DNA of 50,664 bases, filler included, from Trypethelium eluteriae (lineage: Eukaryota), in NCBI GenBank assembly GCA_051942245.1. It is 2 parts of 2 records of this genome, joined end to end, with 100 filler letters (N's around TTAATTAATTAA, not from the genome) between each part and the next. Parts side by side here need not be neighbours in the genome. Positions count along the whole stretch, not along the records: positions 1 to 25,290 come from JAVECL010000378.1; 1 more part is not named here. One strand, given 5' to 3'. The translations under genes and the position numbers were made by a program. The notes under the pieces are model-generated. The model was not told the origin of the DNA. It saw nothing but the letters and a program-made list of their open reading frames with translations, and ran no database searches. Shown in pieces: positions 1-12,842 of the stretch; position 1 is the stretch's first letter, and every line of letters starts with the position of its first letter.

Positions 1-3000
1 ATCTCCGGCCGCGCTGCCGCCCCCTTCCGACTCCGCGGCGTGGTGCCATCCGACGTGCTCGGTCGCGCAAATGGCTTCTTGCTCGCGGACTCCGGCAGCG
101 GCCACGACGACGGGTCGGGCAGGCTGGCGCGCAGCTGCGGCGTGTTGCGCCGCTGGAGTTTCGGGCTGCGGGGCCGCGTTGTGGGTGAGGAGGGTGAGGC
201 GGGTGGTGAGGAGGCGGTGTGCGCGGATTTAACGGCGGTGGTGCCCTGGGAGGGTGGAGTGGACGGGCGGATCTGGTCTTTCATGGGCGTGCCCGGGCCG
301 ATGGTGGTGGTGATGCCTAGGGGAGCCGAGTTGTTGGGAGCGTCTGCGTTTTCGTCGTCTTCTTTTTGGGTGGTCAGAGGTGAGAGGTCGGTTTTTTTCT
401 TGCCGAGACCGAAGAAGCGGCGAGTTCGGCTTTCGGTGCGTTTGGGTGGTGGAGTGGATGTGAGTTTGGCGGGGGCGCCAGGTTCTCGGAGGGAGCCAGT
501 AGCGAGCGCTTTGCCAGCAACGCCATTGGTGGCTGGTGTAGCTTGACTGGCTTGTGGACGTTTGGTCAGTGCTTGTTCAACGTCATTGGATGACGGCACG
601 GCTGGGGGAGATCCAGGACGACGTTGGTCTTCTTCGTCAGACAGGTCGGTGGATTCGCGGTCATCTTGCCGAGCAGGAATTCCGCGCACTGGGGTCAGAC
701 CGGCAGGAAGGGGAGGAGACTCAACATCGGACTCGTCGTCTGAATCGGCGAACCGGCTACGAAATCGGCCACCAAGTCTAGGTCTATCATCCTCTTCCTC
801 GTCACTCGAGTCGGCAAAACGAGATTTAAATCGAGAGGCAGTAGAAGACTTTGCTGGCTCTCTAGATGGTGGTGCTGGTCCTTTCTGTTGCTTTGAGGAG
901 CGACCAAAGCTAGAAATGGAGAAGCGCGAGGGAGATCTGGTGTCACGTGGTGGTCGACCAATGTCCAGAGAACCAGTTCGCATTGAACTACGCATACCGC
1001 CTCTACTTGACGGGGCTGGCTGCGGCGAAAGAGAGTGAATGCTGAATCTCGTCGACTGATTTTCACCAGGCGAAGTAGGAGACTGACCAGCAGGCCCATC
1101 TCTCATCGAACGTCTCATGGTGTAGCGGCCACCATCCGCTGTTGAAGAATCGGGCCTCTTCTTCTTTCGAAAGCTGCTTTCCGAGTCACTATCGTTCACG
1201 GCAGTAGCAGGTCTCTGGGGTTGAGTTTGGACCCTTAGAGTACTGGCTGCGATTTCCCGAGCAGTGGAGCCTGTGCCGAGGATGCCTGAGTTAGGAGTCG
1301 CGCTGGTAGGCCTAACGTTCTTCTTTTGCAAAGTACCTCGTGGCTCTTGTGGTTGTACTGGAGCAACCTGCTTTGATGATGGAGGACCACCACGCATAGA
1401 AGAACGCATTGTTCCTCCACTCCGCATTGACTGGCGAAGGTGTGTTGCTGGTTGAGCTTGTTCGGGACTGGATTGCCGCATGGTGGAGCGCATAGCTTGC
1501 CGCACTGGCGGTATGTTGTCATTCTCGGTGGGCTGGGACCGCTGTCTCGGCGCTTTCGGATTTTGAGTAGGGGCAGTTATCGAAGTCTGCGACTGTGTGG
1601 TAGTTTTCTTTTTCTTCGGTTTTGGCTTCGGTTTTGCTACGGTAGGGACAGTAGCTTCTTTTGTGGTTGGAACTACCACCGGTGCAGGTTCAGGTCGGGC
1701 TTGTTGCTCCATCTCCCTCTTCTTCTGGTCGCTAAGGCTACTCCAATACGACTTAGTTTGATTCCAGTCTTGCGCAGTGCTTGGACTCTCTGCCTCAGGA
1801 GATGCGAGCCCATCCACAGCTCCTGTTGGGGACTTGGCGGTAGGATCGTACTTCTTCGCGAGCCTAGTCGATGGGCTATCCGGGGGTGTGGAGATCAACG
1901 AAGATTCCGCTTGAGGCTGCATTGGACTTTCAAGAATTGCATCTAAGGATGCGAAGCCTCCTTCAAACTCCGAGGGGTCTTCTGCAGCATCACTGTAAAT
2001 GCTATCCTCATCCGTTTCGTATGCATCTTCAGATTGCATTTGAGGAACCCTAGTGGCTTCAGTGGCTTCGTCTCTTCTTGCCAGTGCTTCAGAGGTCAAC
2101 GACTGGGGAGTTGTCTGCTCTAGCGACTCCTTAGGTAACTCTTCAGAACGGGCTGTAGCATCAGTGGGGTCAGTGCCAGCTCCAGCATTATCGGTCCTGA
2201 TGTCCTCTTCTGGGTCATTGGGAAAAGCCCCAGGCACAGGCGATGAGAGCTCTCTACTCTCCTCCGGGAAGGCCCCGGGAATAGGCGACGAGGCCTCTTT
2301 GCTTTCTTCTATAGCAGCGGGAGTTGGAGGCTGAACGTTGATGTCTGGACCACCAGGGGCGAGCCCGGTGTCACTTTCTGTTTGGCTCAGCGGAGGAGGA
2401 ATATTTTTTGATGCAGTCTCAGCCTCGTCTGTTTTGATGAGAGATTCTCTCCGAGGAGACTCAGAATTTGGTACCTCAGAAGGAACAGGAACATCGTCAT
2501 CAGTGTCACTGTCAGAGCCATAAGTGAGCCCTTCTCTCGAGGTCACTTCTGGAGGGAGTGGCGTCGGTTTATCTGATTGAGGAACCTTCTCATTCTTCGA
2601 AGCCTGATCCTGGGCTAGTACACCTCCAACCGCCTGATCACTTGAGAGCTCCTGAGGCATTGGGATCGTGCTTGTCGAAGTCGTCATCGAAGAGGGCACG
2701 GTCTCGGTCACTTTTTCCAAAGGCTCTTCTTCAGCTTTAGTCTTCCTTCCACGGATGCTACCAAAAGAGGGTAGTACAGGTCTTGGCTTCAGGATATCAT
2801 TCGTGTCCTCTTCATCAAAATCGAAGCGATTTGGTCGCGAATTTAGCGAACGCTCTTGAACACTTCCCAATACTGGCTCGGCAGTAACAACAGTGGCACC
2901 TTCGTCGAAACTGACTCGAACCTTTTTCTTTTTCTTGCTCGACGGCTTACCATCCTCAGACATCTGAGATGCTGTGTCTGACATATCGCTACCCGGTGCT

Positions 3001-4522
3001 CTTCCGGCCTGACTGGTAGCGGGTGATGTCCCACGGATGGAACCAGGAGAATGTTTCAATGCAGACTTGGCAGGCGATAATGACCGCGGAGGCGGTGAAT
3101 GTCTCACTCCACCCTTGTCAGCAAGAAGCGGCGCTGAAGAGAAATGAGCAGATCGAGCTGGACTTTGACTTGACTCCTGCTGTGCTCGACGATTGTCATT
3201 TGGCTGTAGATTTGAAGAACTTGGCGATCCGGATCCGACAGCACCACCAGCTGCACTGACTTGTTGTTGGCCCTTTCCGCCAGCCGACGTCTCTGCTACG
3301 CTCCTAGTCGTTATAGGTCTAGAAGGCTCTGCCTGTTTGGCTATTGATGTTGGACCTGCTGAAGATTGTGGGCGCTGCGGAGGTTTACCGGCTTGTTCCT
3401 CGGCTTCCCGGTCTTCACGAACGATTGAGGGTTGCTTGACGAGGCCAGCTCCTGCAACACCCTGCTTCTTAGGCATGGGCCTTGTGCTAGGAGCAGTTTG
3501 CTTGTTTGACCGCTGTGCAGCCGTCTTGGCAACCGGTGCAGAACCTGGAGCGGTATTCTGCATCAACGTGCCATTCTGTACAGCAGTCCCTGTAGGCCCG
3601 ACATGCATGCCTCCCGTAGCGAGATGGCTGCCTTGAGTGCTTGGTGCTGCTTGTTTCTTTTTCTTCTTCTTGACAGGTTGATTTGCGGCACTCTCTAGCT
3701 TTTGTTGAACGCTCCCATTGCTCGAAGGAACTCCCACTGTAGACGCAGGTCTTCCGCCTGTCGCTCCCGACGTATCTCCGATTATAGGACCTGTTTGCCA
3801 TCCACCCACGCTCTTTGGCCTTAGCGCAGAAACTGGTGATTCAGGTGGTGAGTTTCGTGGAGAAGGAGACAACGGCCGTGAAAAGTTGACAGATGTCCGG
3901 TAATTTGATTCAGAATTTGATTCACTTCTATTTCTGTCAACGCTGACTGCTCGTTCTTCTGGAGGGGCGGTCTGCGGGGTTGAAAGCTTTGGAGCAGGCG
4001 CCGGCTCTAAACTAGAGGCACGTCTTCCTTGTTTCAAGAGTTTCATGGATACACTGGCTGGCAGTGCTGGTACAGGCGGTGCATCGTAAGCAGCAGGAAC
4101 TGTGGTATCAGGCGCGCTTTGTGAGCTCTGGGGGCGGTTTGGAGAAGGCGAGCGAAATGACCTTTCTGTCATCGAACCAGAGCTATTTTGCCTTTGAAGT
4201 CCAGCGCGCGGGTTTGCCGGAGCGCTGCCATTCGATGATTGGGAGTTCCGCCTCTGCATTCGCTTTGTTCTAATGTTTCCCACGGGTTCCGGTGACGTCG
4301 TATGAGACCGCAGGGCTGCCGCCGCTGCTGCAGAGGAGAGGGATGCATTGGAAGCGCGATTGTTCAGGAAAGCTTGACTAGCAGCTAACGCAGCTGATGG
4401 GGTAGGATTCTGGTTATTCGGAGGCTTTAAGATTCGGAGGTCAGCATGCGAACTCTGCAGCATCTGTTTCTTTTCTTGTCGCAACATACCGGATTTGAAG
4501 TAGCCCTTCGTCGCGAGAACAT
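1..4522 (-). CDS. Large (>1480 aa) Ser/Pro/Arg-rich, largely disordered protein, possibly eisosome Seg1/Sle1-like; 3' end runs off the window
   Basis: ATG at 4522 (MFSRRRATSNP), intron 4425-4489 (GTATGT...gctgac...AAG). Exon 2 spot-checked in the same frame at 4424, 3638 and 548 (PPNNQNPTPSAALAASQAFLNNRASNASLSSAAAAAALRSHTTSP...). It is absent from the ORF track, consistent with no stop inside the window. The Seg1 link rests only on N-terminal resemblance. Confidence 0.8.
2221..2310 (-). repeat. Two 45-nt coding repeats, EES(K/R)E(A/L)SSP(I/V)PGAFP
   Basis: ggaaaagccccaggcacaggcgatgagagc... versus gggaaggccccgggaataggcgacgaggcc..., 45-nt period. Confidence 0.75.
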
Positions 4523-5332
4523 GGCGTCCAACTCGACCCAGGTCGAGCCAGCTAGAGATCGAAGACCAGAGCAATAGAGCGATCTAAATCTGGTTTTCGC
4601 GATTGTTGGGCGAGTAAGATGAAAAGCTGGGCGCCGTTGCGATTCAAGGGGGGATGTCAAAATTATGTCATGATCGGAGCAAGAAAGGGTGTTGGTTGAC
4701 GGATTGGGTCGGTTTCACGCGGAGGCATTCGGCCGCCGCACGATACTCGCACGTTGCCAATCGTTCAACTCACAGCGACATCTTGATGTGTGAGAGATGG
4801 AAAGAGATCAGCTCTAGGATTTGGGATATGGAGGATTAGAGCATTGGGGCGGTCGCCGTAGCCCGGCGCTACTGCGGCGATCAACAATCAACACGAACAA
4901 TTCGCTAGGTCTGTGAAGTCATTTGGAGCCATACATCATCTGCCGTCGACTCCGCAAAGTCTGGCTAGGTATTGTCAGAGAATATTAGATAGGCCAATAC
5001 GCAAATTATGTGCAGACTTATCTTTGACAGCCCAGAAGCTCTGTTTTGTTCATAATCCTTTTTCTACATCGCCGTTTAATGGTACTATACGGTAGTGTCC
5101 CCATCCGTGGCCATCCGTTTGACACATATCTAGCCCATTATTACCAATATCAGGCCAGCTCCAAAATTTAAAGCCTCTTGTCGAGCGACCCAAACTTCTG
5201 CAGACCACAGGATACTCCATCAGAAGGCATTTCATTTAGCAGATACTGTCAGACCTGTTGAGATCATCTTGTCCGCATCACTCCTCTCAAACACCATAAA
5301 AGTCAAAAATTGACCTTTATTCTGCATCACAA

Positions 5333-6738
5333 ATGGCTTCCAAAGGTGACGGTCAAGCTAACAAGTAAGGTCTCTCTTAGGATACTTGCTATTCGACGAT
5401 ATATCTCATGAAATATAAAAATGGCGCTCGTGTGGTTTTCAGATCTAGCTTTCCTTGATCCATAACCTTATTTCTGTTTGTTCTCGTTTATGATGGCTCA
5501 ACACTAAACCATGTCTAATTCTTTGAAGGGGAAGTCGTACCGACCTTCCACCTCTTTCTCTACCACCTGGAATTACAGAGAGGCAGATTGATTGCTATAA
5601 CACGGCCGGTCTTTCCTTCCACATCCTTGAGGCTGGTTACGATGCCTCAGCCAAGAAGCCGCTAATTCTCTTGATCCATGGCTTTCCCGAGATAGCCTTC
5701 TGTTGGCGTAAAGTTATGCTCCCAATCGCTGACGCTGGCTATTACGTCGTAGCGATGGACCAAAGGGGATATGGCCGGACCGTTGGCTGGGACAATTCTC
5801 CCTACGACAAAGTAGACATGCGCCAATTCACCATAATTAACCTCGTCCGCGACTACGTAATCCTAGTCAATGCCCTTGGTTACCACACAGTCAAATGCGT
5901 CGTCGGCCACGATTTTGGCGCCGTCCCTGCCGCCATGGGCGCTCTGATGCGAGGCGACATGTTCACGAGCTGCGTCATCATGAGCCATCCGCACAACGCA
6001 CCAGGGCCCCTTCCCTTCAACATCGCACACAATTCGTCCAACTCGTCCGCGGATGAGAAGCAAGCCCATCGGTCCAAAGACATCCAAGCCGACCTCGCTC
6101 GTCTCTCGCCACCGCGGAAACACTACAAATACGACAACTCAACTCCGTACGCCGCCCAGCAGTGGCTCTTCCCACCCCAAGGCCTGCATGCCTTCCTCCG
6201 TGGCTACATCCACCTGAAGTCTGCCGCCTGGCCCCCCAACACGCCGCACCCGCTCGGCGGCTGGACAGCGCCCGACCTCGCCAAGATGCCCGACTACTAC
6301 ATCATGCCGCTGCACAGCTCCATGCCCGAGGTGGTCTCACACCACATGTCATCCGTCTCCGCCCGCGATGCCAAAGCCAGCGAGTCCTGGTTCTCCGACG
6401 CCGAGCTCGACGTGTATGTCCAAGAATGGAGCCGTACGGGGTTCCAGGGCGGACTGAACTGGTATCGGAGCGGGACGGATCCGAAGCTCGGGGCTGATCT
6501 GGCGCTATTTGCGGGGAAGAAGATCGAGGTGCCGAGTGTGTTCGTATCTGGGGCGCGGGACTGGGGAAATTTTCAGCAGCCGGGCGCGCTCGAGGCGATG
6601 GAAGATGGTACGAGTTGTAGCGATTTTCGAGGAGTGAGGTTGGTGGAGGGGGCGGGGCATTGGCCGCAGCAGGAACAGCCAGAAAGGGTAGTGGAGGAAA
6701 TTTTGAGGTTTTTGAAGGAGGTGGAAAGGAATGGGTGA
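5333..6738 (+). CDS. Epoxide hydrolase-like alpha/beta hydrolase
   Basis: ATG 5333 (MASKGDGQANK); phase-compatible intron 5365-5528. HGFPE oxyanion motif, GHDFG nucleophile Asp, GGLNWYR and GAGHW catalytic His. Confidence 0.9.
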
Positions 6739-7394
6739 GAGATTGTTAAGGTTAGTGAGGGATGAATCCATGGACCTGATCTGTGGTGTGTGCAGGACTT
6801 CATCCCCTAAATATGTGGTCGGGTCCTTCCTATGTCTGTCGTGTGAGTTAGCTATTAAGGTGGGTACTGATTTTGCCCAGTGGGTAGTCATTCCAGCTTG
6901 ATGAAGGACATCTTTTTCGTAAATTACCACAGTACATACACATCAACGCCAACCGCTTCCAACAAACCAGACGCATCTCAGGCAGTCCTGGATACGATGA
7001 AAATTGTTCGTGCATTGAAGATGCTCCTTTGTTTCTCGCCCACGGCTCTTGTATTTCGCAGTTATACGGAACTGCTGTCCCTCTGATAGATGATTGGCAT
7101 ACACCTAGAAAGATTTAAGGTAAGGAGAATGATATGCAAATACGCTAGATAGACAAATTTCCTCCACCATTTCTAGTCCAAATTCATGTGGTTATCCCTG
7201 AGTACTCCAACCCCAAATTAAAAGGAAAAAAAAGGCGGGGGGCAGAAATGGGTATAGAGCAAGGAAATGATTTTAGTGAATGTCGTTAAGTATCGTCATA
7301 AATTTTCACCATCGCTATCGAAGCGCGTGTCTTTCTTCTACCTCATTGGCGATTCAGCTTTCTGCAAGAGTAAGAATTCATCGGTCGTTCTCAT

Positions 7395-7934
7395 TCAGTC
7401 CGTCCAGTGCGTGTCTTGTAGCTTTTGACAATCGTGTCCTTCGTCAACTGCGTCCCTTTTGAAGAAATCTTTGAGGGCCGTCTTCAATTTGTGTCGGAAG
7501 TGAAACGGTTGCTGACTCGGGTCCGACTGCTGAAGTTCTTCGCTATGGGTACGACTCGGTGTTGTGGAATGGCTAGGGTGCCTTGCTGCACTATATGAAG
7601 TGACACGCTCTAGTCTTCGTTGTTGAGATTCGTCCCAAGGAGAGGTAGCTAGAGAACGTGCTCCCGTTCCTGAGGGTGTTGATGACGAAGTTGAAGGTGG
7701 CGAGGCTGCATATGCTCCTGGAGTTCTGGTAGGTGATGTGGTCATCTCCTGGAACCGAAGAGCTGCTGAAGAGCTGGGTTGTGGCGAACAGGGTAGGGAA
7801 ACTGGGGAGCGAAGTCTTGATTGGGAAGTCTGAGGCGTGACTTGACGACCGTGAAAGCTGGGGGACGATCGGAGGCTGTGCGCTTCTGAGCCCAATGTAT
7901 ACTGAGGGTTCTGACGTGCCATGGTCAATGTCAT
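7395..7934 (-). CDS. Hypothetical small Ser/Pro-rich protein
   Basis: ATG-initiated ORF (MTLTMARQNPQY...FRHKLKTALKDFFKRD...HWTD*) with a pyrimidine-rich leader on the minus strand; no family recognised. Confidence 0.55.
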   Translation of the reverse strand: MTLTMARQNPQYTLGSEAHSLRSSPSFHGRQVTPQTSQSRLRSPVSLPCSPQPSSSAALRFQEMTTSPTRTPGAYAASPPSTSSSTPSGTGARSLATSPWDESQQRRLERVTSYSAARHPSHSTTPSRTHSEELQQSDPSQQPFHFRHKLKTALKDFFKRDAVDEGHDCQKLQDTHWTD

Positions 7935-9812
7935 TGCAATGTTGGCAACCGGTTCTCGGTTTCTCCAGAGCTGGATCAAGAGACAAGACAGGTGGGTGAA
8001 GCAGTGCAACAGATACGATAGAACGCAAGATGGTCGAAGCGAAAAGGCAGAGATCCAGCTCTGGGAACACCGCTAGGGCATTAGAAAGGCATGCAGCAAG
8101 GCTGAGGAGCAAAGACCGGAGATCATGCAGGCAAGGCGTCGTACGGAAGTTGGATTTGAGCAGACGTTGAGACGGGATATAGTGATTGTCATGTGCCGCA
8201 AACCTAAGGATGATTGCTAAACTTAGGCATCACTTTCTGTGCCTCCTCGATCTCCCCATCATGAGATCATATGAAACGAGTCTGCAGGCAGAGCAGCCAG
8301 CGGTCTTACGGCGAACTGATAGAACGGGTCTCCATCAGAACATGTTGTCGCGCAAAGTAAAGCCTCAGCCGCTTGAGGTGGTCAGATCGGCAACCAATCA
8401 TGAACGAGCTCCAGATGAAGAGCTAGGCAAGGGCTGGAGAGATGGTCCAATCGACGAGCAAGACCGAGTAACGCCTACCCTGTGCCTCAGATGGAAATCC
8501 TCGCAACCTGAATGCAGTTGTACGGCACGCAACGGCGCCTAAGATTTGGTCGAAGGTCAATTTCGTCTATGTGAGGAATGGCGCCATGAATCTGCGAACG
8601 CAACGACTGAGTCGCGTGCTTGCTTGAGTACCGAGGCCAAAGTGGCAAAGGTGTAGGACTCGGGTCTGGTGTCAGCTACGGTGTATTACAGTACCTAGCA
8701 TTGAAGCGCCCAACAGTGTCTCGGCAGCCGCTGCACTCTCGCGGTGCTCGTTATGGTCAAATGGGGCCATTGGGGCCATTTGGGCCATTGCCTTATTCCC
8801 CACACAAAGGGCGGGAGGCAGCGGGAGACCCACAAAGTCGGGTTTCACAGAGACTGGAGAGTGCGAGTCGGAAGTGCTTCGAATGTTGATGCAACATCCC
8901 CGTGGTTATATTTTCCAATGTGCAGAAGGAGGTTGGGTGGCTACCTATTCAATTGGAGACCACACCACACCGATTTTATCTGGGAAAGATGGTAGATCTG
9001 AGGAGCGAGGGTCAAGTCATCGATATGCCATATAGACAATTCGATCGAACCTATGTCGAGGTTCATGCATTTGTCGATCTAAGAGTCACGCATGAAGGCT
9101 CGTCGAGGTCGCCACGGTCGCTTCCATATTCTAATTAGGAGCGATACCATTCTGAGACGCCGGCGCTTAGGTTCAGCTAACAGACACCCTGGATCAACGG
9201 AGAAATGCAGTGCGATGTGGTGGCAGGCGAATCAAATCCAAGAGAGCTTAGCCCGCGCAGAGTGAGAACAGCCGAGAATTCCCAGGGTCCGGATGACGGC
9301 GAATGAGAATCGCGAAGCTGCCCTCCTCTGGAACTCGGGTGCAGGACAGACCATGATGGCCAAGGAGTCTTGCTCGACTAAGCTTAGGCCCAGCCGTCCC
9401 GCATCATCACACTCTGCTCAAGACGCAACTGAATGGCAGCTTGTTCAGCGAGCCGCCAACTCGACCCCTGCCGGCGCTTGAAGGCGCGATTCGCTCTTCA
9501 CCCACCCCGGAAATCATATGCATGCGACCGCTGCCCTGCTTTGGAACGTGTGCGAGGAAACATGTCTCCCACAGCAGGCCACTCAGCGCCTTCAAGCCCC
9601 GGCGGGTCCGGCTCTGACGGGATTAGTAGTCGACGGCCGTGGCACGACAAGAGGGCTTCCTTTAAGCTCTTGCCGCCGCTGGATGATCGAGACTCGAAGC
9701 TTTGTAACCTGTGAGCCAGCCTGTCTCGGACATATTCTGTGCTTCTTGTATGCCCAAGTCCCTGCCCTCTCCTCAACTCGATCGCCGTCCTTCCTGCTTT
9801 CTGACCACCAAA

Positions 9813-10639
9813 ATGTTCTACTCCACAGCAATTGTCGCCCTGACGGCGATAACGAGCTTCGCCAGCGCACATACCGTCATCACCTACCCAGGTTGGAGAG
9901 GAGACAATTTGAACACAAATGGATCCGTTACCGACACTAGCATTGGCATCGATTATCTTGACAATGGGACAGCCACTTTTCCATGGGGCATGCAATGGAT
10001 GTATCCTTGTGAGTTCCAGCACAATATCTCCTGGTGACGGCACACCGGCTGACACATGATACAGGCGGTGGTATGCCAATGAGTCAAAATCGAACCAAAT
10101 GGCCAGTAACAGGCGGCGCAATCGCGTTCCAACCAGGATGGTTCCCCGGACACTTGAATGCTCTTCTCTACATCAACATGGGAATTGGAAATCCACCTCC
10201 CAACATGTCCCACATCATGCAAAGTCCCGTCAATCTTCTCGGCCCCACGAATGACATGTATAACGGCACAGTCTGCTTCCCTCAGGTGCCGATGCCAGCA
10301 AACATCACATTCAACGTTGGAGACAATGTCACAATTCAAGTGGTTGAAGCCGCTCAGCATGGAGCTGCACTCTACAACGTATGTTTTTCTGTCCAATCCA
10401 AGAATTTTATAAATGCTGACCAATCTCGATAGTGCGTCGATGTCACACTAGTCGACCCTTCAGAAGTAGATCCCGTCACACCCCAGAATTGCTTCAACTC
10501 CAGCAACCTTGGCTTCAACGAAATCTTTACGACGACGTCTTTGCAACAATCTGCAGCGTCTACCTCCATTGCAAGTTCAAGAGGGTTATTAGCACTGATA
10601 CCACTGCTCGTTGCACTCGTTCCCATCGTTTGGTCATGA
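9813..10639 (+). CDS. Secreted, GPI-anchored Bim1/X325-like (LPMO-like) copper-binding protein
   Basis: Signal peptide MFYSTAIVALTAITSFASA followed by His1 (HTVITYPGWRG); YPCGG, RTKWP and HGAALYNCVD motifs; Ser/Thr stalk and hydrophobic C-terminus. Introns 10009-10064 and 10379-10432. Confidence 0.85.
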
Positions 10640-11221
10640 GCTTTTAAAAATCGCGGGTTGCTTCGGAGTTCATACGGTGTTTAGGAGGTGGTTACTTTTG
10701 AAACGATATCAAACAGGAATGAACTTAGGCAGGGAATATGAAGCCCTGGCGGGCATGCTATGTCCAGCGCTTGTACATAATTTCAGCACCTGTGCTATAC
10801 TTGCTCTACTTTGTTCTCCCGAATTGTTCGGAAGACCGTTCGTACTTAGATACCACGTTTAAATGTTTATTAAAGATTGAAACAATCAAATACTGTCAGA
10901 CTACTCCAGACTCATACCTAATTCGAAATGACGCTGAGGCATATCAACTACCTCTCATCCATCATTTATGGCCACAAATTGGGGTTTCAAGGTACTGTCC
11001 TCTGCGCCCAAGTCCAGAAGTTCAAAAGTTTGTAGTTTGCTTGGTCACCGGATGCGTTGTATAGCAGTAGAACGATTCCGATGCCCTCTCGCTGCTTTCG
11101 AAGCCACGGATATATGAGCTTCGCCACGTCTCCAAACGCATGAGAAAGAGGTTCAATCTTTCACGCATTTTTTCAGTATAACGACTAGAAACTAAGCTAA
11201 ATGTATGAAAATCTCGCCGCA

Positions 11222-12380
11222 CTACTTCTCTTTTCCCTCGCCTCCAACCTCTACCTGCTCCGGCCTTGCCATCTCCAAACTCCCGCTCTTTCCAACCATC
11301 CCATCCAGCGTCTATTCCTGCGTCACATTCAGATCCGTCGCCCGGTGCGCCTTCAATTCGTTCTTCTTATAGATGTTCACATACACTGGAAAGACGTAGC
11401 TAGCAACGTATGCCGTGACAGGGATAGCCACGGCGTAGTGAAAGCTGCCGTAATGGGTAGCAATGGCGCCCGTCATTGGAGGAAAAGCGGCGCCGCTAGA
11501 GATAGTAGCAACAGGGAAGGAACCGCCGCGTTTCGTGTGTACGCCCAGTCCGCAGAGGGCAAGAGTGAAGATAGTAGCGAAACAAGCTTGTTGAGTGTGT
11601 GAGTCGTCGTGCTGCACTGACGAAACTCGAGGGTTATATGGAGGAGAAGGGTCCATTGACTTACGCTTTCGAAGCAGAGGACCAAAACAAGAAGAGCAAT
11701 GCTGGTCTTGCCAGTGGTGAGGACAGCAGTGAGGGAGAAGACGAAGCAGAGGAACAGGTAGACGGCGAGGATGCAACGGGGTTTAAATGGACGCAGCGTC
11801 ATGAGATCACCGGAGACAAAACGCATGAAGGCATAGAGTCCCTGACCCACCGCAAGGAGATTTGCTACTAGTCGTCATTAGTATTCAGCCCTCGAAGAAA
11901 GAAGAGTGAATCGAGGGGACGAAACTGGCTTACAGGATGTCGATGCGCTGTGGCCAGCTTCCTTGCAGAAGTTGATGAAGTGGTTTGCTACATACACATA
12001 CCAGTCATGAAAGTGATACGGAAACCAAAGCGGCGTAATATCCATCCAGACACCGTCAACGGATACAGGGAATATGCGCCGAAGTAGGCAGCAGAAAGTC
12101 CAGATGCCATACTGACGGAAATATTGAGCTCTTTTTTGGAAGTGACTGAAGGATCCTATTAGTCTTTTCTTTATATTGTCGAAAAAGCGAAGTACGGGAT
12201 ACGAACCTATTCAGCACATCGAGCAGACTGTAGGCAAACCCCCAGAGAAAGAAGAGAATTGTGACTACATTGACAATGTAAGTATCTAGCTTCAGTAACC
12301 TGAGTTATGACCCATCAGACAGGAGAATTGGACGAAATTCAAACGTACTGAGACAACAAAGCAAGATAAACTGTCTTCAT
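11222..12380 (-). pseudogene. L-fucose/glucose permease (FucP-like MFS) pseudogene
   Basis: Fragments VTILFFLWGFAYSLLDVLNSHFQ, SGLSAAYFGAY...GWILRRFGFRITFMTG, ANHFINFC, LLAVGQGLYAF and CFATIFTLAL.GLG.HTKRGGS. +1 frameshift in an A6 run (12132-12137) and a large internal deletion at ~11992. Start and end coordinates are approximate. Confidence 0.85.
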
Positions 12381-12674
12381 GTCAAATGCACACCCTCGGT
12401 CACCGGCTGGTCATCGACCACAAATTTCCACTTGTAGAAAGGCATTTCGACGAGCAATACTGGGACCCAGTTCCCCCTTTCAAGAACAACAAGGGGAACA
12501 AAGGAGACGAGCAATGCTGTAGAGTCGCGTCTTCAACAACAGGCCTACCCTGAACAGCCAAGCATTCCCACGTGGTGATCATCTCAGAGATATACATGGC
12601 CGTTGGAGACCCCAGGCGGAAGCTCCTTGGTGCATCTCACAGCGAGCCCACACGGCAGAGGCCCCCTCGCGTGT

Positions 12675-12842
12675 CTGGGGGAAATCTGGGCACAGGAGTC
12701 GAATTAGCCTAACTAGGCACTTAGGGTCGCCGGGGTGAGCGCTAGACGTTGAGCATCTGAAGTTGCTTGCTTGCTTGCTCCGGGGCACAGGGGCCGGGGC
12801 CGAAGTTGTGGAGATGGTACAAATGGGAGAAAGTGGCCGGGG
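12675..12842. promoter_or_regulatory. Cluster of CreA/Mig1-type SYGGRG sites upstream of the sugar permease pseudogene
   Basis: CTGGGG 12675; CCGGGG 12730, 12780, 12794 and 12837; GTGGAG 12808. Confidence 0.45.

Noticed and set aside
40..4273. Many plus-strand ORFs of 60-170 aa
   Set aside because: Antisense shadows of the long minus-strand exon
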